DNA from: Campylobacterales bacterium
Lineage (GTDB): Bacteria > Campylobacterota > Campylobacteria > Campylobacterales > QNZT01
Direction: 5' to 3'
Assembly: GCA_027056215.1 (NCBI GenBank)
Contig: JALULO010000112.1
Span: forward strand, 1-35,907
DNA: 35,907 nt
Below, in pieces: positions 24,866 to 35,907 of this stretch. The notes beneath the pieces are model-generated. The model had not been told where the DNA came from. It was given only the letters and a program-made list of their open reading frames with translations, and ran no database searches. The first letter of the stretch is position 1; every line of letters begins with the position of its first letter. The position numbers were made by a program, and so were the translations under genes.

Positions 24866-25393
24866 ATGAGTGATATCGCTAAAAAATATGTTAAAGCTTT
24901 GATAAATAGTATGAATGATAAAGAGATTGGCACACTTTCAAAAGGTCTTGATAGTATGACTGGAGCTTTTAAAAATAACAAGTTTCTTGCTATTATACAT
25001 TCTCCTGATGTTAGTCGTGTACAAAAAGAAGAATTTATAAGAGGTCTTATAAATACTAAAGATGAAAAAATTATTAATTTTATCAAATTGCTTATTTCTA
25101 AAGATAGATTAGATGAAATACCATCAATTGCACATGAATTACAAAATCGTATTGCTCTTAAAAACAATACTTTTCATGGGGTATTGATAAGTGGCAAAAA
25201 AGTAACAAAAGAAAAACTCAAAGATATCGAGAGTGTTTTGTCTAAGAAATTTGATTCTGCTATTAAACTTGAAAATAAAGTTAGTGATTATAATGGTATG
25301 AAAGTTGAGATAGAGAGTTTAGGTGTAGAAATAGGATTGTCTACTGATAGATTAAAACAACAAATTGCGCAAACAATTTTAAACGCGATATAA
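24866..25393 (+). CDS. atpH: F0F1 ATP synthase subunit delta
   Basis: 175 aa, OSCP/delta-like (KKYVKALI...), located between atpF and atpA. Confidence 0.88.
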   Translation: MSDIAKKYVKALINSMNDKEIGTLSKGLDSMTGAFKNNKFLAIIHSPDVSRVQKEEFIRGLINTKDEKIINFIKLLISKDRLDEIPSIAHELQNRIALKNNTFHGVLISGKKVTKEKLKDIESVLSKKFDSAIKLENKVSDYNGMKVEIESLGVEIGLSTDRLKQQIAQTILNAI

Positions 25394-25411
25394 ATTATAA
25401 AGGAGAAGTTA

Positions 25412-26929
25412 GTGAGTGCAAAAATTAAAGCTGATGAAATCAGTACATTAATTCAGGAAAGAATTGAAAATTTTGAATTAAATGTTGATATTGAAGAGAC
25501 GGGTAAAGTTATCCAGTTTGCGGATGGTATTGCAAGAGTTTATGGCTTGAACAATGTTATGGCAGGTGAAATGGTTGAGTTTGAAAGCGGTGATCGTGGA
25601 ATGGCTCTTAACCTTGAAGAATCTGTTGTGGGTATTGTTGTTCTTGGAAAAGGTGGTAAAATCAAAGAGGGTTCAAGTGTTAAAAGACTTGGAAGACTTT
25701 TAAAAGTCCCTGTTGGTGATGCTATGATTGGTAGAGTTGTAAACCCACTTGGTGAAGCGATCGACGGAAAAGGTGTTATTAATACTACTGAAGAGAGATT
25801 TGTTGAAGAAAAAGCACCAGGGATTATGGCAAGAAAATCTGTTCATGAGCCACTTCAAACTGGTATCAAAGCGATTGATGCACTTGTACCGATTGGTAGA
25901 GGACAAAGAGAGTTGATTATCGGTGATAGACAAACAGGTAAAACAACTGTTGCGATTGATGCAATTATCAACCAAAAAGGTCAAGATGTTGTTTGTATTT
26001 ATGTTGCTATTGGTCAAAAACAATCAACTGTAGCACAAGTTGTAAAAAAACTTGAAGAACACGGTGCTATGGATTATACAATCATTGTTAATGCTGCTGC
26101 AAGTGAATCTTCCGCCCTTCAGTTCTTAGCTCCATATGCTGGTGTAACCATGGGTGAATATTTTAGAGATAATGGTAGACATGCATTAATAGTTTATGAT
26201 GATCTTACAAAACATGCGATTGCTTACCGTGAGATGTCATTGATTTTACGTCGTCCTCCAGGTCGTGAAGCATATCCGGGTGATGTATTTTACCTACACT
26301 CAAGATTGTTAGAGCGTGCTGCAAAATTGAGTGATGCGTTAGGTGCTGGTTCTATGACTGCCTTGCCTATTATCGAAACACAAGCAGGTGATGTTTCGGC
26401 ATATATTCCAACAAATGTTATCTCTATCACAGATGGACAGATTTTCCTAGAGACAGATCTTTTTAACTCTGGTATCAGACCGGCGATCAATGTTGGTTTA
26501 TCTGTATCTCGTGTTGGTGGTGCTGCGCAAATCAAAGCGACAAAACAAGTTTCTGGTACACTTAGACTTGACCTTGCACAATATCGTGAACTTCAGGCAT
26601 TTGCTCAGTTCGCATCTGATCTTGATGAAACAAGTAGAAATCAGTTAGAACGTGGTGAAAGAATGGTAGAAGTTTTGAAACAAGGACCATATTCTCCATT
26701 GCCAATTGAGAAACAAGTTGTAATCATTTATGCTGGTGCAAATGGCTATCTTGATGATTTACCAGCATCTGATGTTACAAAATTTGAAGCTGAACTTTAT
26801 CCGTTTGTTGAAGCAAAATATCCGCAGTTATTTAAAGATATTGCAACAAATAAAAAGATTGATGATGATACAAAAGCTCTTTTAAATAAAGTCTTGGATG
26901 AATTTAAATCAACTTTTGTAGTTAAATAA
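25412..26929 (+). CDS. atpA: F0F1 ATP synthase subunit alpha
   Basis: 505 aa, Walker A GDRQTGKT, and highly conserved alpha-subunit sequence throughout. Confidence 0.97.
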   Translation: MSAKIKADEISTLIQERIENFELNVDIEETGKVIQFADGIARVYGLNNVMAGEMVEFESGDRGMALNLEESVVGIVVLGKGGKIKEGSSVKRLGRLLKVPVGDAMIGRVVNPLGEAIDGKGVINTTEERFVEEKAPGIMARKSVHEPLQTGIKAIDALVPIGRGQRELIIGDRQTGKTTVAIDAIINQKGQDVVCIYVAIGQKQSTVAQVVKKLEEHGAMDYTIIVNAAASESSALQFLAPYAGVTMGEYFRDNGRHALIVYDDLTKHAIAYREMSLILRRPPGREAYPGDVFYLHSRLLERAAKLSDALGAGSMTALPIIETQAGDVSAYIPTNVISITDGQIFLETDLFNSGIRPAINVGLSVSRVGGAAQIKATKQVSGTLRLDLAQYRELQAFAQFASDLDETSRNQLERGERMVEVLKQGPYSPLPIEKQVVIIYAGANGYLDDLPASDVTKFEAELYPFVEAKYPQLFKDIATNKKIDDDTKALLNKVLDEFKSTFVVK

Positions 26930-26937
26930 GGCTAAAT

Positions 26938-27819
26938 ATGGCAAATCTAAAAGATATAAAAAGAAATATCAAGAGTGTTAAAAATACGCAAAAGACTACA
27001 CGTGCGATGAAACTTGTCTCTACTGCAAAGCTTAGGCGCGCAGAAGAGGCAGCTAAACGTGCTCGTCTATATGCAGAGAAATTAAATGACATGCTTTTTG
27101 AGATTTCTGAAAAAATTAATAAATTTAAAGTAGGCGGATCTACAAGTAAGTTTTTTAATAAAGTACAAAACCCTAAAACTGTTGATATCCTTTTTGTGAC
27201 AGCAGATAAAGGTCTTTGTGGTGGCTTTAATGCTCAGACTATCAAAGAAGTTAAACGCGTTAGCGAACTTTATAGTGGTAAAGGTGCAACTGTTAGACTT
27301 CGTTGTGTAGGCAGAAAAGGGATTGATTTTTTCAATTTTCAAGGTACGGATATCTTAGATAAATATATCGGTATCAGTGCTGCACCAACATATGAAAAAG
27401 CACAAGAAGTTATTCAAGCGGCTGTTGATTCATTTACAGCCGGTGAGACTGATGTTATTGTATTGATTCACAATGGATACAAAAACATGATCACTCAGGA
27501 GATGAAAACACTTAATCTTATGCCCGTTGAAGCTATAGATGTGGATGATAAAATCAACGAATCTATGATGGAAGTTGAAGCAGAAGATGAAGAAAAAATC
27601 TTAGATGAATTGGTCAGAAAATATTTCGAATACAATATGTTCTATGCACTTATTGATTCACTTGCCGCTGAGCATAGTGCGAGAATGCAAGCTATGGACA
27701 ATGCGACAAACAATGCAAAAGAGCGTGTAGATCAATTGACAATTCAATACAATAAAGCAAGACAAGAAGCAATTACGACCGAATTGATAGAGATTATCAG
27801 CGGTATGGAAGCACTATAA
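26938..27819 (+). CDS. atpG: F0F1 ATP synthase subunit gamma
   Basis: 293 aa, N-terminal IKSVKNTQKTTRAMKLVSTAKL and C-terminal ITTELIEIISG. Confidence 0.95.
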   Translation: MANLKDIKRNIKSVKNTQKTTRAMKLVSTAKLRRAEEAAKRARLYAEKLNDMLFEISEKINKFKVGGSTSKFFNKVQNPKTVDILFVTADKGLCGGFNAQTIKEVKRVSELYSGKGATVRLRCVGRKGIDFFNFQGTDILDKYIGISAAPTYEKAQEVIQAAVDSFTAGETDVIVLIHNGYKNMITQEMKTLNLMPVEAIDVDDKINESMMEVEAEDEEKILDELVRKYFEYNMFYALIDSLAAEHSARMQAMDNATNNAKERVDQLTIQYNKARQEAITTELIEIISGMEAL

Positions 27820-27838
27820 AAAAATAAAAGATAAATAG

Positions 27839-29254
<1,416 letters not shown>

Positions 29255-29289
29255 GGAGTATTTCCCCTCTTTTTCGAAAAGGATAAGTA

Positions 29290-29679
29290 ATGGCTACAAT
29301 GAAAATGGAGATAGTAACTCCGCATGGAATGATTTTTGAGGGTGATGTTTCAAGTGTTACACTTCCGGGAAGCGAAGGTGAATTTGGTGTTTTGCCTGGT
29401 CACGCATCTGTTGTAACAACACTGTCAGGTGGTGTTATAGAAGTTGTAAAAGCGGACAATTCTAAAGAACTTATTGCTATTAACTGGGGTCATGCCAAAG
29501 TTGATAGTGATAAAGTAAGTGTCTTGGCAGATGGTGCAGTTGCTGTAGGCGGAAATTCAAATGAAATTGCACAAAATCTTGAAGAAGCAAAAGAATTAAT
29601 CAAAAGTATGAGTGATTCTGATATAGCAATCGCGGCTGCTACTGCAAAACTGGAGACAGCAGCTAAAAGCGGATTTTAA
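29290..29679 (+). CDS. atpC: F0F1 ATP synthase subunit epsilon
   Basis: 129 aa, LPGSEGEFGVLPGHA motif. Confidence 0.93.
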   Translation: MATMKMEIVTPHGMIFEGDVSSVTLPGSEGEFGVLPGHASVVTTLSGGVIEVVKADNSKELIAINWGHAKVDSDKVSVLADGAVAVGGNSNEIAQNLEEAKELIKSMSDSDIAIAAATAKLETAAKSGF

Positions 29680-29683
29680 TAAT

Positions 29684-30256
29684 ATGGATCTTCTATTTAC
29701 TTATATAACCAGTGGTGGTATCATTTCCACACTGGTGTTTATATGGCTTTCGCTTTATTTTATAGTGACATTTTGGATTTGGATTAGTAAACATTTGACA
29801 CTAAAAAGCTGGGAAAGTGTTGAAAAAAAATCTCTTGAAACACTTTTACGTGGTTCACGGAACATCAACAATGCATCAATCTTACGAAATTGCTTGAATG
29901 CAAATGCTACAAGAACGTCACTTAATATCTGTAAAAGTGTTGCAGAAAAAAAATCTACGTCATATTTGGCAATGCTCTCAGTTATCTCTTCAACAGCACC
30001 TTTTATTGGTTTATTTGGCACAATCGTATCTATCTTAAATACTTTCAATCAGCTAGGAGATGCGCAAACTGCGTCATTGACTGTTATTGCTCCGGCTATT
30101 AGTGAAGCATTGGTCGCTACAGCTGCTGGTATTTTTGTTGCTATACCCGCTTATAGTGCGCATGTATTACTTAAAAGAAAAGCGTATGAGTTGATGAGTT
30201 TGATCCAAAGAGAAGTTGATATGTTGACTTCTGACGATACTTTTTTGTATGAGTAG
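29684..30256 (+). CDS. tolQ: MotA/TolQ/ExbB-family proton channel (Tol-Pal context; annotated exbB in some relatives)
   Basis: 190 aa with three TM segments and a conserved C-terminal TM pair (APFIGLFGT..., ALVATAAGI). It starts 4 nt after atpC and lies upstream of tolR-tolA-tolB-pal. Confidence 0.85.
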   Translation: MDLLFTYITSGGIISTLVFIWLSLYFIVTFWIWISKHLTLKSWESVEKKSLETLLRGSRNINNASILRNCLNANATRTSLNICKSVAEKKSTSYLAMLSVISSTAPFIGLFGTIVSILNTFNQLGDAQTASLTVIAPAISEALVATAAGIFVAIPAYSAHVLLKRKAYELMSLIQREVDMLTSDDTFLYE

Positions 30257-30264
30257 AGGTCGGT

Positions 30265-30654
30265 ATGTTTAACTGGGACGAAAATCCAGATCTAAATATC
30301 ACACCACTTGTTGATATCATGTTGGTTCTTATGGCTATCTTAATGGTAACTGCACCTGTTATGGAGTATGAAGAACAGATTAATTTACCAAAAGGATCTG
30401 CCCAAAAATCTACCCATAAAATACCTGATCTTTCTATTCGTATTGATAGTAAAAAAAATATTTATATCAAACATGATAAATATAGTTTTGCTACGTTTGC
30501 AGATGATTTTGTACTTGGATCCCAAAAATATCCTAAAAGTACGGTTGTATATATCAAAGCTGATAAAGAGTTAAAATATAACGATGTTATCTATGTGCTT
30601 AAAGTCATCAAAGATTCAGGTTTTACTAAAGTATCACTCGTAACCAATGGTTGA
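30265..30654 (+). CDS. tolR: ExbD/TolR-family protein
   Basis: 129 aa, NITPLVDIMLVLMAILMV TM helix with the conserved Asp. Confidence 0.88.
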   Translation: MFNWDENPDLNITPLVDIMLVLMAILMVTAPVMEYEEQINLPKGSAQKSTHKIPDLSIRIDSKKNIYIKHDKYSFATFADDFVLGSQKYPKSTVVYIKADKELKYNDVIYVLKVIKDSGFTKVSLVTNG

Positions 30655-31537
30655 TAAATTTTCCTATAAAGTAATTGCTCTATTTCTTGCAATTTTTATT
30701 TATATATTCCTTGTTTATGCACTAGTATTTGGTGTATTTAAGGATGATAAGAAGAAAAAAGACTACGGTTTTAATGTCGATGAAGCTGTTGTTGTCAATA
30801 TAGATACACTGGTTCCAGATACGCCAAAAGTGATCAAAAAACCAAAACCTGTTGTAAAGTCTCCTAAAATTCCTGTACGCGCTATGCCTATTGAGCATGT
30901 TGTTCCTGTAGAAAAACCGATTGAAAAAAAGCCTGAACCGCCAAAAGAGGTCACAAAGCCTGAACCTGAAGTTGTTAAAGAGGTTAAAAAAGAGAGTCGC
31001 GACAAAGAAGCTAAAAGTGCTAAAGATCTTTTTTCAACAATTCGTACAGACAAGTATCAAAAAGCGATGCAAGAAAAGTTGAAACAAGAAAAAGCTAGAG
31101 CAAGTAGACTTAAAAAACAAAAAGCTAAAGAAGCTCGTAAAAAATCTCGTGAAGCAAAAAAGCGTAAAGAAAAACAAACAAAAGCAAAAAGACGTGCGCA
31201 GCAAATGTTGGAAGAGTTACAAATCTCACAAAGTACTTCAAAACACCGTAAAAAAGGTGAAAATGATAAGTTTTGGAGTTATGTTTCTGATAAAATCATG
31301 TCAAAATGGCAACGTACTATTTCCACACAAAACGGCTTACATGCAACGGTAATCATACGTATTGATAATAGAGGAAAATTGACTTATCATAATTTAAAAT
31401 CCTCATATAATAGTTTATTTGATACAAAACTTAAGGTATTTCTTGATAATTTAGAGTATACGAGATTTCCTGCTTACAAAGATGGTTCTTACATTGAAGC
31501 AGAATTTGAATTTAAAGATAAAGACAAAGGGTTGTAA
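30647..31537 (+). CDS. TolA/TonB-family energy-transducing protein
   Basis: 296 aa with an N-terminal TM anchor, a Pro/Lys/Glu-rich spacer (KPEPPKEVTKPEPEVVKEVKKE...) and a C-terminal TonB/TolA-like globular domain. It overlaps tolR by 8 nt. Confidence 0.75.
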   Translation: MVDKFSYKVIALFLAIFIYIFLVYALVFGVFKDDKKKKDYGFNVDEAVVVNIDTLVPDTPKVIKKPKPVVKSPKIPVRAMPIEHVVPVEKPIEKKPEPPKEVTKPEPEVVKEVKKESRDKEAKSAKDLFSTIRTDKYQKAMQEKLKQEKARASRLKKQKAKEARKKSREAKKRKEKQTKAKRRAQQMLEELQISQSTSKHRKKGENDKFWSYVSDKIMSKWQRTISTQNGLHATVIIRIDNRGKLTYHNLKSSYNSLFDTKLKVFLDNLEYTRFPAYKDGSYIEAEFEFKDKDKGL

Positions 31538-32806
31538 ATGAAAAAAGTATTTTTGCTTTTATTCAGTTGGGTCTATCTTCATGCCTATGATTCTACTATT
31601 GAAATTGTTAAAAATATCGATAAAAAGGCGCATATTGCAGTGGCAGATTGTTCCACACAAGGCGTAAATCGTGACGTTAATAGAAAGTTTTTAAAGCTTT
31701 TAATAGGTGATTTAAAAGTAACGACACATTTTATGGTAGATGATAAGTATGTCACTTTAGATTATAATAGTAACAGTGCATTGCCACAGTTGGCAAAAAA
31801 TGGTGTTGAATTGTTGGTTAAGACAAAACTAGAAAGCAAATCAAATACTAAGTTTGTTGCGAGTGTAAAATTGTTAAATGCTAAAAATGGATCACAGTTA
31901 TATGAAAAATTTTATACTATCTCCAAACCCAAGCGTTATCCTTTCCTTGCCCATAATGTAACGATTGATGTCAATAACTTTTTTGGTGCTCCACCGGTTG
32001 ACTGGATGCGTAAATATGTAATATTTGCGATGTATACCAAAAGTGGCAAAAGCAATATTATCGTTTCGGATTATACTTTGACATTTAAAAAGACGATTAT
32101 TTCCGGTGGTCTAAATCTCTTCCCAAAATGGGCGAATAGTGCGCAAGATGCTTTTTACTATACTTCTTATAATGGTTTAAAACCTACCTTGTATCGTGTT
32201 GATATTTATACAGGAAGAAAACGAAAAATTGCATCGAGTTCAGGTATGATTGTTTGTTCAGATGTGAGTAAAGATGGTAGCAAGATTTTAGTAACAATGG
32301 CACCACATGATCAACCAGATATCTATCTTATTGATGTAAGAAATGGTTCAAAAAGTAGACTTACTTCATACAGTGGTATTGATGTAAGTGGCAATTTTGT
32401 TGACAATGAATCGAAAATTGTTTTTATTTCTGAGCGATTAGGTTATCCAAATATCTTTGCAAAGTCTATCAATGGTGGTAAAGTTGAGCAGATGATTTAT
32501 CATGGGAAAAATAATAGTTCTTGTTCTACCTTTGGTAAGTATATTGTCTATTCAAGTCGTGAAGGACGTAACTCTTTTGGCAAGAATACGTTTAATCTCT
32601 ATCTCATATCAACACAAACAGATTTTATACGTAAATTAACAACCAATGGAAAAAATTTATTTCCAAGATTTGCACCTGATGGAGAAACAGTTTTATTTAT
32701 CAAGTATATAGGTAGCAGGAGTTTATTGGGAGTGTTGCGTTTAAATGCCAATAAGAGTTTTTTGTTCCCGCTTAGATCAGGAAAAATACAGTCAATCGAC
32801 TGGTAA
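31538..32806 (+). CDS. tolB: Tol-Pal system beta-propeller protein TolB
   Basis: 422 aa with a signal peptide and repeated propeller blades (P.WS.DG..I.F). It sits directly between the tolA-like gene and pal. Confidence 0.9.
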   Translation: MKKVFLLLFSWVYLHAYDSTIEIVKNIDKKAHIAVADCSTQGVNRDVNRKFLKLLIGDLKVTTHFMVDDKYVTLDYNSNSALPQLAKNGVELLVKTKLESKSNTKFVASVKLLNAKNGSQLYEKFYTISKPKRYPFLAHNVTIDVNNFFGAPPVDWMRKYVIFAMYTKSGKSNIIVSDYTLTFKKTIISGGLNLFPKWANSAQDAFYYTSYNGLKPTLYRVDIYTGRKRKIASSSGMIVCSDVSKDGSKILVTMAPHDQPDIYLIDVRNGSKSRLTSYSGIDVSGNFVDNESKIVFISERLGYPNIFAKSINGGKVEQMIYHGKNNSSCSTFGKYIVYSSREGRNSFGKNTFNLYLISTQTDFIRKLTTNGKNLFPRFAPDGETVLFIKYIGSRSLLGVLRLNANKSFLFPLRSGKIQSIDW

Positions 32807-32862
32807 CAGGTCTATTATACAAAAAACGTTACAATAAAAAATTAAAAAGTAAGGATTTTAAA

Positions 32863-33414
32863 ATGAAATATATATATATTTTAGTTATTACACTTTTCGT
32901 TGTATTAGGTAGTGGTTGTGCTGAAAAAGCACCTGAACTGGCAAATAATACATCAGGACAATTACCACAAAACAATACCCCTGAGATTACAAATGATTCA
33001 CAGATATCGAATATGAATAATATGGATGAAAATGTAAAATACGGTTCCACAGATGAGCGTATTGCTGCGATTGCACAGGAAGTTGAGCCTATCTACTTTG
33101 CAACAGATAGTTATACTATTTCACCAAGTGAACATGAAAAAGTTGATAGCGATGCAGCGATATTCAATGGTGATCTAGCACAAGATCTCTCTATTCGAGT
33201 AGAAGGAAATTGTGATGAATGGGGAACTGATGAGTACAATTATGCGTTAGGTCTAAAACGTGCCAAAAGTGCTAAGGATGCTCTCTCTGTTGCAGGTGTC
33301 AACGAAGGTAGAATGGCTTTGATAAGTTATGGTGAAAGTAAACCTGTTTGTTCTGAGCATAATGATGCATGCTGGCAACAAAACCGAAGAGCTGATTTTA
33401 CACTTTTACCATAG
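32863..33414 (+). CDS. pal: Peptidoglycan-associated lipoprotein Pal (OmpA-like)
   Basis: 183 aa, lipobox LGSGC, OmpA C-terminal domain (VEGNCDEWGTDEYNYALGLKRA, NRRADF). Confidence 0.92.
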   Translation: MKYIYILVITLFVVLGSGCAEKAPELANNTSGQLPQNNTPEITNDSQISNMNNMDENVKYGSTDERIAAIAQEVEPIYFATDSYTISPSEHEKVDSDAAIFNGDLAQDLSIRVEGNCDEWGTDEYNYALGLKRAKSAKDALSVAGVNEGRMALISYGESKPVCSEHNDACWQQNRRADFTLLP

Positions 33415-33423
33415 GTTAATAAC

Positions 33424-34254
33424 ATGAAATATATATTGATACTCTCTTGTGTTTTTTCTATTTATCTAAATGCTGAAGTATCTGCATTTGGTGCAGGCAA
33501 TCTAAATGCAAAAAATCCTTATGGGCTCACCGAAGGTGAAAAGGTGATTTATGCTAATAAAAAGGCAATTCTTACCAATTCTAAAGAAGTCAAATCATTA
33601 CGTTATAAAGTTGATCAACTCACTGAAAGTATACAAGGATTGAGGAGTGTAGTGGACTCTTTAAGTGAAAAAGTTGGGCAAACAGGTCAGCAACTCCATC
33701 AAATGGATGCTGATAATTCACAAGCAAAAGACGATAAGATTCAAGCACTTAAAAATGAACTTTCAGAGCAAAAAGAATATGCTCAAAAGCTTGCAACTGC
33801 TTTACAGAAGCTTACAGTTATGATCGATGACATGAGTGTAAACTATGTCAAAAAAAGTGACTTGCCAACACGAAAAAAAAAAGTAATTAGCAAAAAAAAG
33901 ATTACAAATAAACTACTTTTGAGTAGTGCGATTAAGTTGTTTCGTGCAAAAAAATATGATGATGCATCTTTAAAATTTGCATTACTTGCCAAAAAGAGTT
34001 ATAAACCTGCAATGTCTAATTATTATCTTGGCGAGTGTGCTTATTATCAAAAGAGTTATAAAGCAGCTATTGTCTATTTTAAAAAGAGTGCAGGATTTTA
34101 TGATAAAGCTTCATATATGCCTACGTTATTACTTCATACAGCACTTAGTTTTGAAAAGATACATGATAATGAAAATGCAAAACGTTTTTTTCAAGCCGTC
34201 ATAACTAACTATTCTCAATCAACACAAGCAAAAATTGCACAAAAACATTTATAA
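33424..34254 (+). CDS. ybgF: Tol-Pal system protein YbgF/CpoB-like (coiled coil plus TPR)
   Basis: 276 aa with a signal peptide, a central coiled coil and a C-terminal TPR-like region (YYLGECAYYQKSYKAAIVYF). It is located after pal. Confidence 0.75.
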   Translation: MKYILILSCVFSIYLNAEVSAFGAGNLNAKNPYGLTEGEKVIYANKKAILTNSKEVKSLRYKVDQLTESIQGLRSVVDSLSEKVGQTGQQLHQMDADNSQAKDDKIQALKNELSEQKEYAQKLATALQKLTVMIDDMSVNYVKKSDLPTRKKKVISKKKITNKLLLSSAIKLFRAKKYDDASLKFALLAKKSYKPAMSNYYLGECAYYQKSYKAAIVYFKKSAGFYDKASYMPTLLLHTALSFEKIHDNENAKRFFQAVITNYSQSTQAKIAQKHL

Positions 34255-34278
34255 GTGTAGATTGCACTAAGTCTTTTG

Positions 34279-34287
34279 TGCTATAAT
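34279..34287 (+). promoter_or_regulatory. Extended -10 promoter element TGcTATAAT (slyD)
   Basis: Perfect TGnTATAAT 33 nt upstream of the ATG at 34320. Confidence 0.5.
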
Positions 34288-34319
34288 GCACACTTCAAAT
34301 ATAAAATGAGGAATAATTT

Positions 34320-34820
34320 ATGGCTATAGAAAATAACCAAGTAGTATCAATCGAATATGATTTAACTGAAAAAGATCAAACAGAAGTTTTAGATTCAAAT
34401 ATAGGTCATGCACCTTTAGAATTTATCACAGGTAAAAGCCAAATCATCCCAGGACTTGAAAGTCAACTTATGGCACTTTCAGCAGGTGATGAGCAATCTA
34501 TCACAGTGCCAGCAGCAGAAGCTTACGGTGAAGTTAATCCAGAAGCTGAAGATACATTACCAGCAGAGCAATTTGCAGGTCTAGAACTAAAAGAGGGTAT
34601 GCAACTTTATGGTCAGGGTGAAAATGGTGAAACAGTTATGGTAACAGTAAAATCTTTCAATGATGAGAATGTTACTATTGATTATAATCATCCTTTGGCA
34701 GGTAAAGATTTGACATTTAATGTTAAGATTCTTGATGTACGTGATGCAACTCCTGATGAAGTATTAAGCGGTCAAGTAGGCGGTAGTGAAAGTTGTGATT
34801 CGGGATGTGGTTGCCACTAG
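34320..34820 (+). CDS. slyD: FKBP-type peptidyl-prolyl isomerase SlyD
   Basis: 166 aa, VSIEYDL...PLEFITG..IPGLE..., IF-insert, and a short Cys/His C-terminal tail (SCDSGCGCH). Confidence 0.9.
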   Translation: MAIENNQVVSIEYDLTEKDQTEVLDSNIGHAPLEFITGKSQIIPGLESQLMALSAGDEQSITVPAAEAYGEVNPEAEDTLPAEQFAGLELKEGMQLYGQGENGETVMVTVKSFNDENVTIDYNHPLAGKDLTFNVKILDVRDATPDEVLSGQVGGSESCDSGCGCH

Positions 34821-34895
34821 AATAAACTTTTATTTAAAGCATGGGATTGAACCATTCTTTCTCATGCTAGATTTTACACTCTCTTACAATTTTCT

Positions 34896-34904
34896 TGTTA
34901 TAAT
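34896..34904 (+). promoter_or_regulatory. Extended -10 promoter element TGtTATAAT (fabD)
   Basis: Perfect TGnTATAAT 22 nt upstream of the ATG at 34926. Confidence 0.45.
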
Positions 34905-34925
34905 CTCACAAAAACAAGGATTTTT

Positions 34926-35852
34926 ATGAAAAAAACTGCTTTTATATTCCCAGGACAAGGTTCTCAATCCATCGGTATGGGAAAAGATTTTTATGATGCT
35001 TCAGATATCGCTAAAGAGATGATTTCCAATGCATCTGATGCAATCAATGTAGATTTTAAAACACTTTTGTTTGAAGAAAACGACAAACTAGAACAAACCC
35101 AATATACACAACCAGCTATTTTACTCGTAAGTGCTATCGCACATAAACTTTTTGAAGATGCACAAAATATCAAACCCTATTTTGCTCTTGGACACTCTTT
35201 AGGAGAATTTTCTGCACTTGTTAGTGTAGGTGCACTGGACTACATAGATGGCGTGAAACTGGTACATCAACGAGGTAAGCTCATGCAAGAGGCTTGTGAA
35301 GGGAAAAATGCTGGTATGATGGCGTTGATCGGTTTAGATGATGAAAGTGTTGAGAAACTAACTGCTGATGCAAGAGATGAAGGAAAACAAGTTTGGGCGG
35401 CAAACTATAATAGCAATGGACAGATTGTTGCTGCCGGTAATAAAGACGATTTAAAAGCGATGGAAAGTATTTTTAAAGGTGCAGGTGCAAAAAGAGCACT
35501 ACTTTTAAATATGTCAGTTGCAAGCCACTGTCCACTGCTTAGTTCGGCTGTAGAGCCACTCAAAAATAGTCTCGAAGCGGTTTTGAAAGATCCATTCATT
35601 GCACCTGTTATCTCTAACGTAACAGCTGAAAAATATAACACAAAAGAAGAAGCAATAGCCCTATTGCCTGAGCAGTTGGTCAAACCAGTGCTTTATAAAC
35701 AATCAATCGAAAGATTTGATGATGAAATTGATATGTTTATAGAGTTTGGTGGCAGTGTACTCAAAGGCTTAAATAGAAGGGGTACAAAAAAACCTACTAT
35801 TTCTATCACGGACATGCTCTCTTTAAACAGTGCATTTGATGCGTTAAAATGA
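34926..35852 (+). CDS. fabD: Malonyl-CoA:ACP transacylase
   Basis: 308 aa, FPGQGSQ, active-site GHSLGEFSA. Confidence 0.95.
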   Translation: MKKTAFIFPGQGSQSIGMGKDFYDASDIAKEMISNASDAINVDFKTLLFEENDKLEQTQYTQPAILLVSAIAHKLFEDAQNIKPYFALGHSLGEFSALVSVGALDYIDGVKLVHQRGKLMQEACEGKNAGMMALIGLDDESVEKLTADARDEGKQVWAANYNSNGQIVAAGNKDDLKAMESIFKGAGAKRALLLNMSVASHCPLLSSAVEPLKNSLEAVLKDPFIAPVISNVTAEKYNTKEEAIALLPEQLVKPVLYKQSIERFDDEIDMFIEFGGSVLKGLNRRGTKKPTISITDMLSLNSAFDALK

Positions 35853-35907
35853 TTAAAATAGCACTTGCGCAAATCAGCCCAAAGCTTAGTCGAGAGAACT
35901 TTGAAGT
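35849..35907 (+). CDS. 5' fragment of a CDS (possibly a carbon-nitrogen hydrolase family protein), truncated by the window end
   Basis: The ATG overlaps the fabD stop (ATGA). Only 19 aa are visible (MIKIALAQISPKLSRENFE), which resembles the N-termini of nitrilase/CN-hydrolase proteins. Confidence 0.35.
   Translation, partial: MIKIALAQISPKLSRENFE

Noticed and set aside
24537-25167. Antisense ORFs of 103 and 110 aa inside atpF/atpH. Similar nested or alternate-frame ORFs occur elsewhere (e.g. 1553-1747, 2147-2377, 9857-10096, 25700-26023, 27872-28180, 28179-28445, 30763-31053).
   Set aside because: They lie entirely within much longer ORFs that have clear homology or domain structure. They have low-complexity composition and no SD. 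They are expected by chance opposite Lys/Glu-rich or AT-rich coding sequence.
29255-29289. Weak hairpin AGGG...CCCT followed by a T-run between atpD and atpC, considered as an internal terminator.
   Set aside because: The stem is only ~4 bp. atpC must be co-expressed with atpD, so it is at most a minor attenuator and not supportable from sequence.
29679-29684. A 4-nt gap links atpC to tolQ/exbB, implying co-transcription of ATP synthase and Tol-Pal genes.
   Set aside because: It is real but not novel. I recall the same juxtaposition being conserved in C. jejuni and H. pylori.
30850-31260. Repetitive Lys/Glu/Pro-rich stretch that looks like a DNA repeat or a separate small ORF (31149-31352).
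   Set aside because: This is the typical low-complexity spacer of TolA/TonB-family proteins, and it is in frame with a continuous 296-aa ORF.
33873-33900. A10 and A8 homopolymer tracts inside the ybgF-like gene. A8/T8 tracts also occur at ~6081, ~14091, ~2181 and ~18824. These could be phase-variation slippage sites.
   Set aside because: They encode Lys-rich linkers (RKKKVISKKKI) in AT-rich DNA and the reading frames are intact. Contingency loci in this phylum typically use poly-G/C tracts, none of which I saw.

Overview
AT-rich chromosomal window, most likely from a Campylobacterota (epsilonproteobacterial) genome. The right half (about 18.7-35.9 kb) is an ordinary housekeeping block on the + strand: obg-proB-fmt-birA-parA-parB-atpF'-atpF-atpH-atpA-atpG-atpD-atpC-tolQ/exbB-tolR/exbD-TolA/TonB-like-tolB-pal-ybgF-slyD-fabD. 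From memory this is the same order as Campylobacter jejuni Cj0096-Cj0116 and the equivalent Helicobacter pylori region. The left half (1-18.7 kb) looks accessory and holds the interesting content. (1) A 1297-aa secreted MshQ-like protein with two LamG domains on the minus strand, bracketed by three copies of a 22-bp palindromic repeat. (2) A small mixed set of genes: Uma2-family nuclease, periplasmic alpha-carbonic anhydrase, Pif1-like helicase, aspartoacylase-family hydrolase. (3) A translationally coupled four-gene operon encoding a 2502-aa secreted giant followed by three prepilin-like proteins. The giant has a PPC-like N-domain, nine Cys-pair Ig-like repeats, an unassigned central domain and a C-terminal module homologous to the C-terminus of the 1297-aa protein. 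No pilus or T2SS assembly genes occur anywhere in the window. (4) A 73-aa secreted peptide with three KCG motifs. (5) A roughly 165-nt highly structured intergenic element. All five proteins of the pilus-like module are packed with the bacterial N-glycosylation sequon D/E-X-N-X-S/T, which is absent from the housekeeping periplasmic proteins here. My best candidate for an undescribed system is the giant adhesin plus three minor pilins, together with its MshQ-like paralogue. No rRNA, tRNA, CRISPR array or transposase was seen.
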